DNA of 64,000 nucleotides from Alphaproteobacteria bacterium (GCA_017467335.1 JAFTSJ010000006.1:9847-73846); one strand, 5' to 3'. Positions 9,748-19,626 are shown, numbered from the stretch's first letter. Made by a program: numbers and translations. The notes: generated by a model not told the origin, from the letters alone.

Positions 9748-11862
9748 TTAAACGATATGACCTGTCCCCATACCTTGACCAAGCACATGATTTTCAGTAG
9801 CATCATCAACATAGGAAGATCCTAATTTGTCTTTTAAACCGCCGTGATGAACTACAGCTGACACAGACTCTGATGTTCTTAATGTTGTTTGCAGCGATGA
9901 GTCTTTAACTTCTTCGTCCTTAACTTCTTCGTCCTTAACACACTGAACTGATGTTTTTGTTCCTCTGCCCTTAACATACGGACGAGATTTATTACCATAA
10001 GCCGTTGTTAACCGTTCCGTATTCATCAAAACTTGAGCAATATCTTCCAAATGTTCGTCTTGATACTTACCTGTGCACAACGCATCGAAAACAGCCGCCG
10101 GCGTTCCCAATTGTGGAGTAGACAAATATTTACCATCAATGGCTTGTGCCCCTGCACGCTGTAAATCAGAGGTTTTTAAATCTTCTTCACCGATAGCATA
10201 TTTCAAAACCAAACGCAATTTCCAAAGATAAAATTCAGCATTACTTTCGCCATTCGGTCCTGTTGGTAACAATCCTTCATCTTCCATTTTTTGAATAGTA
10301 GCCAATGCTCTTTCGTATTCGTCGTTTGATCGGAACGAACCGTTTGAATGTTTTCCTTTTTTACGAATATCTTTTGAATTGTGTTTTTTGGCTCGCTCCA
10401 TAATGGCTTCATGATCACCACGACCCGACTTTGATTCAAACTGACGGCGTTTATTGGTATATTTTCCTTCCGGTTGTGTCTGTTCTTTCTGCGCAGGTAC
10501 CGCAGGGTCATCTGTTCCGGATTGCGGTTGTTTGCCTGTCCCACCATCTACCAAACTCTGATTTGAAGAAGTTTCAGCAGATACCACTTTATTTTCACCA
10601 CTAGCTGTATTAACAGGAACAACCGGTTGTTCCTGTGTGCCATTAGTAGAAGAAGCATCCTGATTTTGTTTCGTGGGGTTACCTGCACCTGAATTGTCTT
10701 TTCCATTATCTGTTTCTTCAGATGTCAGTGGTTCTAACGATGTCGCATTTGATGCAGATTTCAGTCTTTCTTCCAATGCGGCTAATCCAGCTTCTAAATT
10801 CCTAACGCTATTATTTAAGTTACTAACTTCCTGATTTAATTTATCAACTTGTCCTCGCAAACTATTATTTTCCGCCGTTAAACTATTATTTTCCGCCGTT
10901 AAACTATCTATTTGAGCTTGTGCTTTGTTTTGTTCGTCTGCACGTGCTTCGTCAATTCTTGCTAGAACCTCTTGTTCTTTCCGTTCAACTTCTGCTTTCT
11001 TTTGAATTTCTACTTCTTTTTGATATGCTGTAATTGCTGCTTTTGCGGACTCGTTATTCTCAGCCAAATTTTCAGCTGTTTTCCCATCATTATTTGTAAT
11101 GGTTAAATCAGCACCGGCTTTAAGAAGAGATGTTACAATGTCACCATGACCGGATTCAACCGCATACATTAACGACGTCATACCCTTATCATCTTGAAGA
11201 TTAACCATGGCTTTACCTTGTGGTGTATCTAAAAGAGCACTAACTACATCCGCATGTCCGTTCCTTGCTGCTGCCATTAAAGCCGTAAGACCTTCATCAG
11301 ATTGACAACTTAAACTGACACGTTTAGACTCAATAAGAGCCTTAACAACTTCTATCCGTCCTTCATTGGCTGCCAACAAAAAACCTTGTTTTATTGCTTT
11401 CGAATTCACTGCATTACAGTCAAGCATTGCTTGAACAGCGTCTATCTCTCCGGCACCGGCTACCAACAGAAAAGCTGTACGTAATTTTTTTTGGTCTAGC
11501 CCGTTCAAATCTACCTTATAGTCTAGCCCGTTCAAATCTACCTTATATTCCACACCATTTATTGTATAACCTTTAAGCAAGGCGGCAATCACATCTGCAC
11601 GTTTGTCCTCAATTGCCCAACTAAAAACTCTCTTAAAGCGTTCTTGTAATGTTTTAGAGGCAGACTGATTCGCCAAGCCAAACATAGAGCTCACATCGTG
11701 TGTTTTTGCAACCTCTCTTGCGTTTACCAGTAATGAATAAACATTTTTTTTTGCCTTTCGGCTTTGCCCAACACTGTCCATCAAATTCATAAAGGTTTCG
11801 GTGCCTGCTTGTTTCGACTGGTTTTTCGAGGGATTTCCTGTTGTAGTCGTTGTATCACTCAT
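9748..11862 (-). CDS. ankyrin-repeat protein with central coiled coil (paralogue A, 704 aa)
   Basis: ANK consensus runs (GLTALMAAARNGHADVVSALL, GMTSLMYAVESGHGDIVTSLLKAGADL). AGGAG RBS. Near-identical to 12039..14105. Confidence 0.85.
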   Translation of the reverse strand: MSDTTTTTGNPSKNQSKQAGTETFMNLMDSVGQSRKAKKNVYSLLVNAREVAKTHDVSSMFGLANQSASKTLQERFKRVFSWAIEDKRADVIAALLKGYTINGVEYKVDLNGLDYKVDLNGLDQKKLRTAFLLVAGAGEIDAVQAMLDCNAVNSKAIKQGFLLAANEGRIEVVKALIESKRVSLSCQSDEGLTALMAAARNGHADVVSALLDTPQGKAMVNLQDDKGMTSLMYAVESGHGDIVTSLLKAGADLTITNNDGKTAENLAENNESAKAAITAYQKEVEIQKKAEVERKEQEVLARIDEARADEQNKAQAQIDSLTAENNSLTAENNSLRGQVDKLNQEVSNLNNSVRNLEAGLAALEERLKSASNATSLEPLTSEETDNGKDNSGAGNPTKQNQDASSTNGTQEQPVVPVNTASGENKVVSAETSSNQSLVDGGTGKQPQSGTDDPAVPAQKEQTQPEGKYTNKRRQFESKSGRGDHEAIMERAKKHNSKDIRKKGKHSNGSFRSNDEYERALATIQKMEDEGLLPTGPNGESNAEFYLWKLRLVLKYAIGEEDLKTSDLQRAGAQAIDGKYLSTPQLGTPAAVFDALCTGKYQDEHLEDIAQVLMNTERLTTAYGNKSRPYVKGRGTKTSVQCVKDEEVKDEEVKDSSLQTTLRTSESVSAVVHHGGLKDKLGSSYVDDATENHVLGQGMGTGHIV
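9905..9939. repeat. in-frame 15 bp x2.3 tandem repeat inside ankyrin gene A
   Basis: ttaacttcttcgtcc repeated, encoding VKDEE x2+. Confidence 0.85.
10861..10902. repeat. in-frame 21 bp x2 tandem repeat inside ankyrin gene A
   Basis: actattattttccgccgttaa occurs twice, encoding TAENNSL x2. Confidence 0.9.
11494..11547. repeat. in-frame 27 bp x2 tandem repeat inside ankyrin gene A
   Basis: gtctagcccgttcaaatctaccttata occurs twice, encoding YKVDLNGLD x2. Paralogue B has a single copy. Confidence 0.9.
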
Positions 11863-11901
11863 TATCTACGCTCCTAATTAAAATTAAACACTACTGATTC
11901 A

Positions 11902-11930
11902 ATGTTACCATATTGTTCTATTCGTGTCAA
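11902..11930 (-). promoter_or_regulatory. sigma70-like promoter of ankyrin gene A (a duplicated copy at 14145..14173 precedes gene B)
   Basis: On the minus strand TTGACA-17 nt-TAACAT. The B copy reads TTGACA-17-TAGCAT. Confidence 0.4.
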
Positions 11931-12038
11931 ACTTTATTTGTCAAATATTGTCTTCATCACATACAAGACACGATAAATACTTCTACAAAAAAGTCACCGG
12001 CAATATACCGGTGACCTAAATTAATAAATGCCATTTTC

Positions 12039-14105
12039 TTAAGCAAGATGTCCAACATCCATTCTTTTTCCCATCAAATTGCTTTCTTCATCATCGACAT
12101 AGGAAGATCCCAATTTGTCTTTTAAACCGCTGTGATGAACTGTAGCAGTGTGCGACTGATCAGATGAAGCCTTTAAACGTTTTGAAAGCGTCAATGAATC
12201 GGATGATACTGGAACATCCTTTACTGTTTGAGTAGAACCAGTAGTATCTTTTCCTCTTCGATTGACATTTTTTCTGCTAATATAACCACCGGAATTTGTC
12301 AAATATACAGTATTCATCAAAACTTGAGCCATATTTTCCAAATCTTCGTCTTTATAGTCTCCACTAAACAAAGCATTAAGAACATCTTCCGGCGTTCCCA
12401 ATTGTGGGGTAGACAAATATTTACCATTAATGTCTTGTGCCCCTGCACGCTGTAAAGCAGAGGTTTTTAAATCCCCTTCATCTATACCATATCTAACAGC
12501 CGCATATAATTTCCACAAATAAATTTCAGCATTACTTTCGCCATTCGGTCCTTTCGGTAACAACCCTTGTCTTTCCATTGTACTCAACACTGCAAGAGCG
12601 GTTTCTAAGTTTCGTGATTCACCCCTACTCCACTTTTTAACATTCCTTTGAGCACGATTTCTAACATTATTATGCTGTTTCATACTTGAACCAAACTGAC
12701 GGCGTATATTGGTATATTCTCCTTCCGGTTGTGCCGGTTCTTGCTGTGCAGGTACCGCAGAGGCATCTGTTCCGGATTGCGGTTGTTCGCCTGTCCCACC
12801 ATCTACCGAACTCTGATTTGAAGGAGTTGCAGCAGGTACCACTTTATTTTCACTACTAGCTGTATTATCAACAGGAACAACCGGTTGTCGCGGTGTGCCA
12901 TTAGTAGAAGAAACACCATTATTTTGATTCGTGGAGTTACCTGCACCTGAATTGACTTTTCCATCTCCTGTTTCTTCAGATGTCAGTGTTTCTGACGATG
13001 TCACATTTGATGCAGATTTCAGTCTTTCTTCCAATGCGGCTAATCCAGCTTGTAAAACCCTAACGTTATCATTTAACGCACTAACTTGCTGATTTAAGTT
13101 AGCAACTTGTTCTCGTAAACTATTATTTTCCTCCGTTAAACGTTCATTTTCCGCCTTCAACCCATCTATTTGAGCTTGTGCTTCCTGTTTTACTTCTTCA
13201 CGTGCTGTATTAACCGCTTCGTTAATTCTTGTTTGAACCTCTCGTTCTTTCCGTTCATCTTCTGCTTTCTTTTGAGTTTCTACTTCTTTTTGATATGCTG
13301 CAATTGCTTCTTTTACGGGCTCGTTATTCTCAGCCAAATTTTCAGCTGTTTTCCCATCATTATTTGTAATGGTTAAATCAGCACCGGCTTTAAGAAGAGA
13401 TGTTACAATGTCGCTATGACCGGATTCAACCGCATGCATTAATGACGTCATACCCTTATCATCTTGAAGATTAACCATGGCTTTACCTTGTGGTGTATCT
13501 AAAAGAGCACTAACTACATCCGCATGTCCGTTCCTTGCCGCTACCATTAAAGCCGTAAGACCTTCATCAGATTGACAACTTAAACTGACACGTTTAGACT
13601 TAATAAGAGCCTCAACAACTTCTGTCCGTCCTTCATTGGCTGCCAACAAAAAACCTCGTTTTATTGCTTTCGAATTCACTGCATTACAGTCAAGCATTGC
13701 TTGAACAGTTTCTATCTCTCCGGCACCGGCTACCAACGGAAAAGCTGTACGTAATTTTTCTTGGTCTAGCCCGTTCAAATCTACCTTATATTCCACACCA
13801 TTTATTGTATAACCTTTAAGCAAGGCGGCAAGCACATCTGCACGTTTGTCCTCAATTGCCCAGTCAAAAACTCTCTTAAAGCGTTTTTGTAATGTTTCAG
13901 AGTCAGACTGATTCGCCAAGCCAAACATAGAGCTCACATCGTTTGTTTTTGCAGCCTCTCTTGCGGTTACCAGTAATGAATAAACATTTTTTTTTGCCAC
14001 TGGGTCTTGCCCAACACTGTGCATCAAATTCATAAAGGTTTCGGTGCCTGCTTGTTCCGACTGGATTGTCGAGGGATTTCCTGTTGTAGTCGTTGTATCA
14101 CTCAT
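12039..14105 (-). CDS. ankyrin-repeat protein with central coiled coil (paralogue B, 688 aa)
   Basis: Same architecture and N-terminus (MSDTTTTTGNPS…) as paralogue A. ANK repeats are identical over long stretches. Confidence 0.85.
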   Translation of the reverse strand: MSDTTTTTGNPSTIQSEQAGTETFMNLMHSVGQDPVAKKNVYSLLVTAREAAKTNDVSSMFGLANQSDSETLQKRFKRVFDWAIEDKRADVLAALLKGYTINGVEYKVDLNGLDQEKLRTAFPLVAGAGEIETVQAMLDCNAVNSKAIKRGFLLAANEGRTEVVEALIKSKRVSLSCQSDEGLTALMVAARNGHADVVSALLDTPQGKAMVNLQDDKGMTSLMHAVESGHSDIVTSLLKAGADLTITNNDGKTAENLAENNEPVKEAIAAYQKEVETQKKAEDERKEREVQTRINEAVNTAREEVKQEAQAQIDGLKAENERLTEENNSLREQVANLNQQVSALNDNVRVLQAGLAALEERLKSASNVTSSETLTSEETGDGKVNSGAGNSTNQNNGVSSTNGTPRQPVVPVDNTASSENKVVPAATPSNQSSVDGGTGEQPQSGTDASAVPAQQEPAQPEGEYTNIRRQFGSSMKQHNNVRNRAQRNVKKWSRGESRNLETALAVLSTMERQGLLPKGPNGESNAEIYLWKLYAAVRYGIDEGDLKTSALQRAGAQDINGKYLSTPQLGTPEDVLNALFSGDYKDEDLENMAQVLMNTVYLTNSGGYISRKNVNRRGKDTTGSTQTVKDVPVSSDSLTLSKRLKASSDQSHTATVHHSGLKDKLGSSYVDDEESNLMGKRMDVGHLA

Positions 14106-14269
14106 TATCTACGCTCCTAATTAAAATTAAACACTACTGATTCAATGCTACCATATTGTTCTATTCGTGTCAAACTTTATTTGTCAAATATTGTCCGTTT
14201 TTTCATTTTTTCACCTCGTCACATCCTTATTATAAAAAAATGTTCAGACACCCAAGCCTGAACATTTTT

Positions 14270-14345
<76 letters not shown>

Positions 14346-14449
14346 AACACAATCGGTTATCGGCATATTAACCCGTTTTTTATATTTTGTCAATATCAAT
14401 TTAATAAACAAAACCTCATCTCTGATAGGTGTCAACAACACGCCGGTCG

Positions 14450-16174
14450 TTACCAGCCGCCGCCACCGCCGCCACCGCCACCACCGCCGGAGCAACCTCC
14501 ACCGGAAGAACCACCACGCCGACTTGACGGTTTGGTTGCTGAACGAGAAAGACTTCTCAACATTTGATTCCTAAAACTCGTTTGATAAAATTCTTGTTTT
14601 AAAACACTTGCAGAAAGTAAATGTCTAAAACGGCGATTCCATTCCTTTCCCAAATCCAACGCAACGGCATACGGATATAAATCTTCAGCATTTTGAGCTG
14701 TAAAGTCAGAAGGTGTTTTAATATCAACAGCCTTCAAAAACATTTCTAACCCCTGTGTTTTGGCTAATTTTTGAGCTCCAATGCGTGATGGTTGATGCAA
14801 TAATTTTTTAAAAAGAAACAACACAACAATAACAGAAATAATAATACCTCCGGCAAAATATAACTCAAAAGGAGAAAACTCTACCAATATTGCAGCCGAA
14901 CTCCACAAACAAATAAAAAAGAGAGGAACAAACATGCCTAAAAAATGTTTTTTTGATTTACTGAAACAAACCATAGCACCAACAATCGCCGTTACTACGG
15001 AACATATTGCTTTTAATGGCATCGGTAATGGCAAAAGCCACAATACACCAATCATGAAAACAATACCCATTCCGACCCAAAATGAATTTGTTTTACATTC
15101 TTTTTTATACAATGCCAATTCTTTTTGATAATATGATTCAACATAACTTCTGATACGTGCATCATACGTTCCGTCCAATTCAAGCGGATAATAAACTTCA
15201 TCATCATAAAATTTTTCATCCTCCGTTTGAGGTTCCTTTTCCGTTCTGCGAAGTTCAACAATTTTATACCCCTTTTGAATATTAACAAACTTATCTTTTG
15301 CTAATGTTATCCAGTGAATCAAACACAATTGCTGAGAATCAACCTCCCCTAAATGTTTCCAAACATGACATTGAGCAGGTGTTAAATCATCCGGAGCTTC
15401 ATATTCAACCATCGCTGCACGACGATATACATCTCTTCCGAATAAAAACCAAATAAAGAAATAATATAAAAATGAAGCAAAGAAAAATAAAAATCCGCTG
15501 AAAATCATTTTTTTTGCTGTTTGTGGGACAACTGTACGTTGAGTGGGATTTGCAATGATACCTTTTGTAAAGCCTAACCCGATTGTTAATTGTTCTCCCG
15601 GTTTTAACATATTCGTTGAAAATTGATTATTTCCATCATATGTAGCAGATAATGTTGAACCGGCCCGCCCTTGATAAGAAGCCTGCTGTATAAATTCTGC
15701 TCCGGCTGGTAATACAACACGAGCAACGGTTTTATGAATAGGATACCCCCATGTACCGGTTACATTCCAATAAACCTCATCATAATTGGAATAACGCCCT
15801 AAGCCTGTATTATGTGCCCGATATTGAATTAAATAAGTTGTCAAAACACCTCGAGGCAACATTTTGTTGGGATTACCGATTTGTATGCGTTTATATCTGC
15901 CTTTTGAAAAATCACGATACTGCTCTGAATGACCATCTCGTTGGACGGATAAAACTTCATAGTATTCCCCCTTTGACGTTGGTAAATCCCGATAAATACC
16001 ACGTTTAATTTGTTGCCCTTCCGGATTAACCGTAATGCGTTCCGTAACCGTTAATGTTGCATCGCGGTTAATTTGTATATGCACATCAAACAATTGAATG
16101 TATTCTGCCGAAAAAGCAGAAACACGCCAAAACAAACAACATAATATACCAATTAAAATACCGATTTTTTTCAT
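14450..16174 (-). CDS. DUF2207-family membrane protein with poly-glycine C-terminus
   Basis: Signal peptide, extracytoplasmic N-domain, several TM helices, and tail …[21 protein letters not shown] typical of the family. ATGA overlap with the upstream LemA gene, which is the classic partner. Confidence 0.75.
   Translation of the reverse strand: MKKIGILIGILCCLFWRVSAFSAEYIQLFDVHIQINRDATLTVTERITVNPEGQQIKRGIYRDLPTSKGEYYEVLSVQRDGHSEQYRDFSKGRYKRIQIGNPNKMLPRGVLTTYLIQYRAHNTGLGRYSNYDEVYWNVTGTWGYPIHKTVARVVLPAGAEFIQQASYQGRAGSTLSATYDGNNQFSTNMLKPGEQLTIGLGFTKGIIANPTQRTVVPQTAKKMIFSGFLFFFASFLYYFFIWFLFGRDVYRRAAMVEYEAPDDLTPAQCHVWKHLGEVDSQQLCLIHWITLAKDKFVNIQKGYKIVELRRTEKEPQTEDEKFYDDEVYYPLELDGTYDARIRSYVESYYQKELALYKKECKTNSFWVGMGIVFMIGVLWLLPLPMPLKAICSVVTAIVGAMVCFSKSKKHFLGMFVPLFFICLWSSAAILVEFSPFELYFAGGIIISVIVVLFLFKKLLHQPSRIGAQKLAKTQGLEMFLKAVDIKTPSDFTAQNAEDLYPYAVALDLGKEWNRRFRHLLSASVLKQEFYQTSFRNQMLRSLSRSATKPSSRRGGSSGGGCSGGGGGGGGGGGW
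14456..14516. repeat. GC-rich (GGN)n simple-sequence tract encoding the poly-Gly tail
   Basis: gccgccgccaccgccgccaccgccaccaccgcc… is a local GC spike in an AT-rich genome. Confidence 0.9.
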
Positions 16175-16725
16175 TGTAAATCCACCTTTACATTTTGACG
16201 TTCAATTTCATCTATTTCAAAAAATGTTCGTTGCCGAAAACGAAACATTTTGGCAACAATACATGATGGAAATGTTTCAACCACCGTATTTAAATTACGG
16301 ACGGTTGCATTATAATATCTTCGTGTCCGTTGCAAATCATCTTCAATATCAATTAACGTATCTTGCAACTGTAAAAAATTTTTATCAGCTTTCAAATCCG
16401 GATAGGCTTCCACCAAAGCAAATAATTGTTTAACCCCTGATATCATTTCATTTTCAAAAACAGCCTTATCTTGGTAAATATCATGAGAACGTGCCTGATT
16501 ACGCATCATAATTATTTTTTGCAACGTTTCTTCTTCATAATGTGCATACCCCCGAACGGTTGCAACCAATGTCGGAATTAAATCATATCGGCGTTTTAAT
16601 TGAACATCTATACCACTCCAGCCTTCATTACATTGGTTATCAAGCCATACAAAACGATTGTATAAAAAAATAACATACCCCAATATACATAAAACAACAA
16701 TTGATACCCCTAAAATAATCGGCAT
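16171..16725 (-). CDS. lemA: LemA family protein
   Basis: N-terminal TM helix followed by …YNRFVWLDNQCNEGWSGIDVQLKRRYDLIPTLVATVRGYAHYE…, which matches the LemA signature from memory. Confidence 0.8.
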   Translation of the reverse strand: MPIILGVSIVVLCILGYVIFLYNRFVWLDNQCNEGWSGIDVQLKRRYDLIPTLVATVRGYAHYEEETLQKIIMMRNQARSHDIYQDKAVFENEMISGVKQLFALVEAYPDLKADKNFLQLQDTLIDIEDDLQRTRRYYNATVRNLNTVVETFPSCIVAKMFRFRQRTFFEIDEIERQNVKVDLQ

Positions 16726-16786
16726 AATTCCCCCTTTATTTTTATTTTGTTGATTTTATCATCTTATTTTATGGATTTCAACATAA

Positions 16787-16821
16787 AAAAAACAGATTGG
16801 ATACACCAACCTGTTTTTTTT
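16787..16821. terminator. bidirectional hairpin terminator
   Basis: aaaaaaaaCAGATTGGatacaCCAACCTGtttttttt. Confidence 0.55.
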
Positions 16822-16834
16822 ATGCTTTATATTG

Positions 16835-17131
16835 TTATTTCGCAATATTTTCAATCGTTTCCTGAACACCTAATTGGTACTGTTCTTCATCTTCCGGTGA
16901 TAAAATTTCCAGTAATTTATATAAACCACCGGCATGTTTTTTTTCATCATCCGTAATTTCACCCAATACATTATGAATAATTTTATTGTCTGTACTATCC
17001 ATTATTTGCTGATAAATTTGTATTGCTTCAAATTCAGAAGCAATTGCAAATTTTATCGCTCTGAGTATTTCGACAGAAGTCATATATTTTTCGGGGGTAT
17101 AAATTGAATCAAGTTTTGCAAATTCAGGCAT
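16835..17131 (-). CDS. small ferritin-like (EncFtn/Flp-type, rubrerythrin-superfamily) protein
   Basis: Start reassigned to MPEFAKLD…, preceded by an AAAAGGAGAA RBS. Di-iron-type motifs SEFEAIQIYQQ…DNK…ITDDEKKHAG are present. 98 aa. Confidence 0.65.
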   Translation of the reverse strand: MPEFAKLDSIYTPEKYMTSVEILRAIKFAIASEFEAIQIYQQIMDSTDNKIIHNVLGEITDDEKKHAGGLYKLLEILSPEDEEQYQLGVQETIENIAK

Positions 17132-17235
17132 ATTTTCTCCTTTTGTTATGGTTGATACACAACAAATAAGATGATATCCCTTGAATATCAATTCATCTTT
17201 GGTTTATACATTGATACAAATTTGATTATTCCGTA

Positions 17236-17280
17236 AAAAAACCTTTTACACGTATTTTGATTGTGTAAAAGGTTTTTTTT
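17236..17280 (-). terminator. rho-independent terminator of mscL
   Basis: aaaaaaACCTTTTACACgtattttgattGTGTAAAAGGTtttttttt, an 11 bp stem. Confidence 0.7.
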
Positions 17281-17299
17281 AAGTGAATCAGATAATTGG

Positions 17300-17773
17300 T
17301 TATTTCAAATCAGATGTACAATTTGGACATTTAACAGCCCCGATTGCAATTTTAGAACAGCAATACGGACAATCTTTTGTTGTCGGAGTTGCCGGTGCTT
17401 CTTCTTTTTTCAAATCCAATTTTTCTTGAATTGTATTCATAACTTTTATCAAAGCAAAAACAGCCATCGCAACAATTAAAAAACTGATAATTGTATTCAA
17501 AAACATACCGACATTTAACGTAACAGCTCCGGCTTCCTGTGCTGCTGATAATGAAGCATATGGAGATGGTGTTTTTGACCCGTCTTTTAAGACAAAGAAC
17601 AAATTAGCAAAATCAATTTGACCCATCAACATACCTAAAAACGGCATAAAAATATCTTTAACAAGCGAATCGACAATTTTACCAAACGCAGCCCCGATGA
17701 TAACACCAACAGCCATGTCCATAACATTGCCCCGCATTGCAAATTTTTTAAATTCCATCAAAATTTTCATCAT
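17300..17773 (-). CDS. mscL: large-conductance mechanosensitive channel with C-terminal zinc-ribbon extension
   Basis: EFKKFAMRGNVMDMAVGVIIGAAFGKIV… is the canonical MscL N-terminus. An extra tail reads CPYCCSKIAIGAVKCPNC. Confidence 0.85.
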   Translation of the reverse strand: MMKILMEFKKFAMRGNVMDMAVGVIIGAAFGKIVDSLVKDIFMPFLGMLMGQIDFANLFFVLKDGSKTPSPYASLSAAQEAGAVTLNVGMFLNTIISFLIVAMAVFALIKVMNTIQEKLDLKKEEAPATPTTKDCPYCCSKIAIGAVKCPNCTSDLK

Positions 17774-17785
17774 GTTATTTTCTCC

Positions 17786-18694
17786 TTACCATAAATTTAA
17801 TAAATTTTTATACGAAATAGATAAACCAATCATAAAATTACTGCCATGCTTTTCAGCTTCACGTGATTTAGCTAAACGATACGATAAATACGGTCCGAAA
17901 GTTAACGTTTTCGTTACATCAACATCCATACGAGCCGTTAAACTTAAATCATATTTTAAATCCGTACCAATGTAATGGCTGTAACTGAAATATTTACGAA
18001 AATATCCGTCTGTTGACATTTTAACCCCATCACGCAACGAATCTTCCAAACGCCATCCGACTTCTCCGGCAAATTTTGAAACATTTTCGGAATATGTCAT
18101 ATCATATTCACCAACACCGGCAATATATAAATCTTTTATCACTTTACCGTTTAATAATTTCATACCGGTCTTACCTCGAAAAACCTTCATACGAGGAGCA
18201 TCTTCATTGCGTGTAAATTCTGTTTGATAAGCAATACTGGCAAACGGACCTAAATCAATATTTTGAAACTTAAACACTTTATAAGTGTAATCAGATGTCA
18301 ATAAAATTTTATCTTCATTTTCTGTTGTTTCTGATGCTTCATTGTAGGCTTTAATTTTGGTTTTACCGTAGTTCATATAGACGCTATTATCCCAACGGCT
18401 CATATCTGTTTCATATTCTAATACAAAATCCAATACACCCCGTATTAAAGTCTGACTGTCAGAATTTAATTGTGACACCGGCGAATTTTGATATTCTTTG
18501 GCATTTGAAACAGATGTTGAAGATACTTCTAATCCCAACCGCCGCAAATTTGCCCGTAACTCACTTGTTTTTTCCACTTGAACCGATTCGGCTTCATTCA
18601 GCGTTTCAGTTGGATTTATTGATTGTTCCGCTTGTGCTGACATCGTAAACAATGTGAGCAAAGCCGTACCAACCGTTAAATACTTTAAATTCAT
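17786..18694 (-). CDS. putative outer-membrane beta-barrel protein
   Basis: Start reassigned to MNLKYLTVGTALLTLFTMSAQA (signal peptide, GGAGGAAAC RBS). Alternating beta-strand pattern. C-terminus ends …YKNLLNLW (aromatic terminal residue). Confidence 0.55.
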   Translation of the reverse strand: MNLKYLTVGTALLTLFTMSAQAEQSINPTETLNEAESVQVEKTSELRANLRRLGLEVSSTSVSNAKEYQNSPVSQLNSDSQTLIRGVLDFVLEYETDMSRWDNSVYMNYGKTKIKAYNEASETTENEDKILLTSDYTYKVFKFQNIDLGPFASIAYQTEFTRNEDAPRMKVFRGKTGMKLLNGKVIKDLYIAGVGEYDMTYSENVSKFAGEVGWRLEDSLRDGVKMSTDGYFRKYFSYSHYIGTDLKYDLSLTARMDVDVTKTLTFGPYLSYRLAKSREAEKHGSNFMIGLSISYKNLLNLW

Positions 18695-18814
18695 AGTTTC
18701 CTCCAAAAACGATAACGAGGCTATATAACCATATAATATTATTATTTGCAAGTTTTTTATTGTTTTACGATATAATTTTTTCTATACTTATTCCGTTATT
18801 AAGGGAGGTTATAC

Positions 18815-19261
18815 ATGTCACATATTGATTTTCTGAAAATCGCCGTTGAAGAAAGTTTACTATCCGTTCAAGCCGGTAGTTCACCTTTTGGAGCCGTCAT
18901 TGTCAAAGACGGAAAAATCATCGCCAAAGCCCACAATCAAGTTGTTTTACTCAATGATCCGACAGCTCATGCCGAAGTACAATGTATTCGTTTAGCTTGT
19001 CAAACGTTAAAATCTTTTGATTTATCCGGTTGTACTCTTTATACATCTTGTGAACCATGCCCCATGTGTTTAAATGCAATTAAATGGGCCAATATAACAC
19101 AGGTATATTACGCCGCAACACGAGATGATGCCGATGCAATCGGTTTTCGTGACCGTGTATTTTATCAAGAAGATCCGATTGAACTCAATCACTTAATTCT
19201 GAATGAGGCACGCTCAGTTATGGATACATGGTATTCACAACAAGACAAAAAACCTTATTAG
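18815..19261 (+). CDS. guaD: CDA-fold nucleoside/nucleobase deaminase, GuaD (guanine deaminase)-like
   Basis: PFGAVIVKDGKIIA…NDPTAHAEV…LYTSCEPCPMC is closely collinear with B. subtilis GuaD from memory. Confidence 0.7.
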   Translation: MSHIDFLKIAVEESLLSVQAGSSPFGAVIVKDGKIIAKAHNQVVLLNDPTAHAEVQCIRLACQTLKSFDLSGCTLYTSCEPCPMCLNAIKWANITQVYYAATRDDADAIGFRDRVFYQEDPIELNHLILNEARSVMDTWYSQQDKKPY

Positions 19262-19626
19262 ATTTGAATACGACCATACCGATCATCAAAGCGTTCAATA
19301 TCGTTTTCATCGAGTGTATCCCCTGTTTGCACTTCAATAAAAACAAGATTTTCATCTGTATCATTGGCAATTCGATGCTTTGTTTCAACCGGAATATAAA
19401 CAGATTCATTTTGCAAAACCGTTTTAATATCATCATTTAAAGTAACCGTTGCCGTTCCTTTAACAATAATCCAATGTTCATTCCGAAAATGATGCAATTG
19501 TAAAGAAACACTTTGTTTCGGATTAATATTCAATCGTTTAACAATATAACTATCTCCAACGGCTAAAACTTCCCATGTACCCCATGGACGAGTGTCTTTA
19601 TCTCCAACTTTATAACAAATACTCAT
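19258..19626 (-). CDS. cupin-domain protein (type II phosphomannose-isomerase C-terminal-like)
   Basis: RPWGTWEVL…KRLNINPKQSVSLQLHHFRNEHWIIVKGTA…IPVETKHRIAN… is typical of the ManC-type cupin. Confidence 0.65.
   Translation of the reverse strand: MSICYKVGDKDTRPWGTWEVLAVGDSYIVKRLNINPKQSVSLQLHHFRNEHWIIVKGTATVTLNDDIKTVLQNESVYIPVETKHRIANDTDENLVFIEVQTGDTLDENDIERFDDRYGRIQI

Larger units (their letters stand above)
9748..14198. repeat. tandem direct duplication (two units of about 2.2 kb: ankyrin gene plus its 5' leader/promoter)
   Basis: The upstream 90-95 bp (11863-11958 versus 14106-14200) differ at only 1-2 positions. The coding parts are mosaic, near-identical in the ANK region and diverged in the C-terminal half. 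Confidence 0.85.

Noticed and set aside
16171-17131. Encapsulin nanocompartment operon around the EncFtn-like gene.
   Set aside because: No HK97-fold shell gene is adjacent. The neighbours are lemA and mscL, separated from it by terminators.
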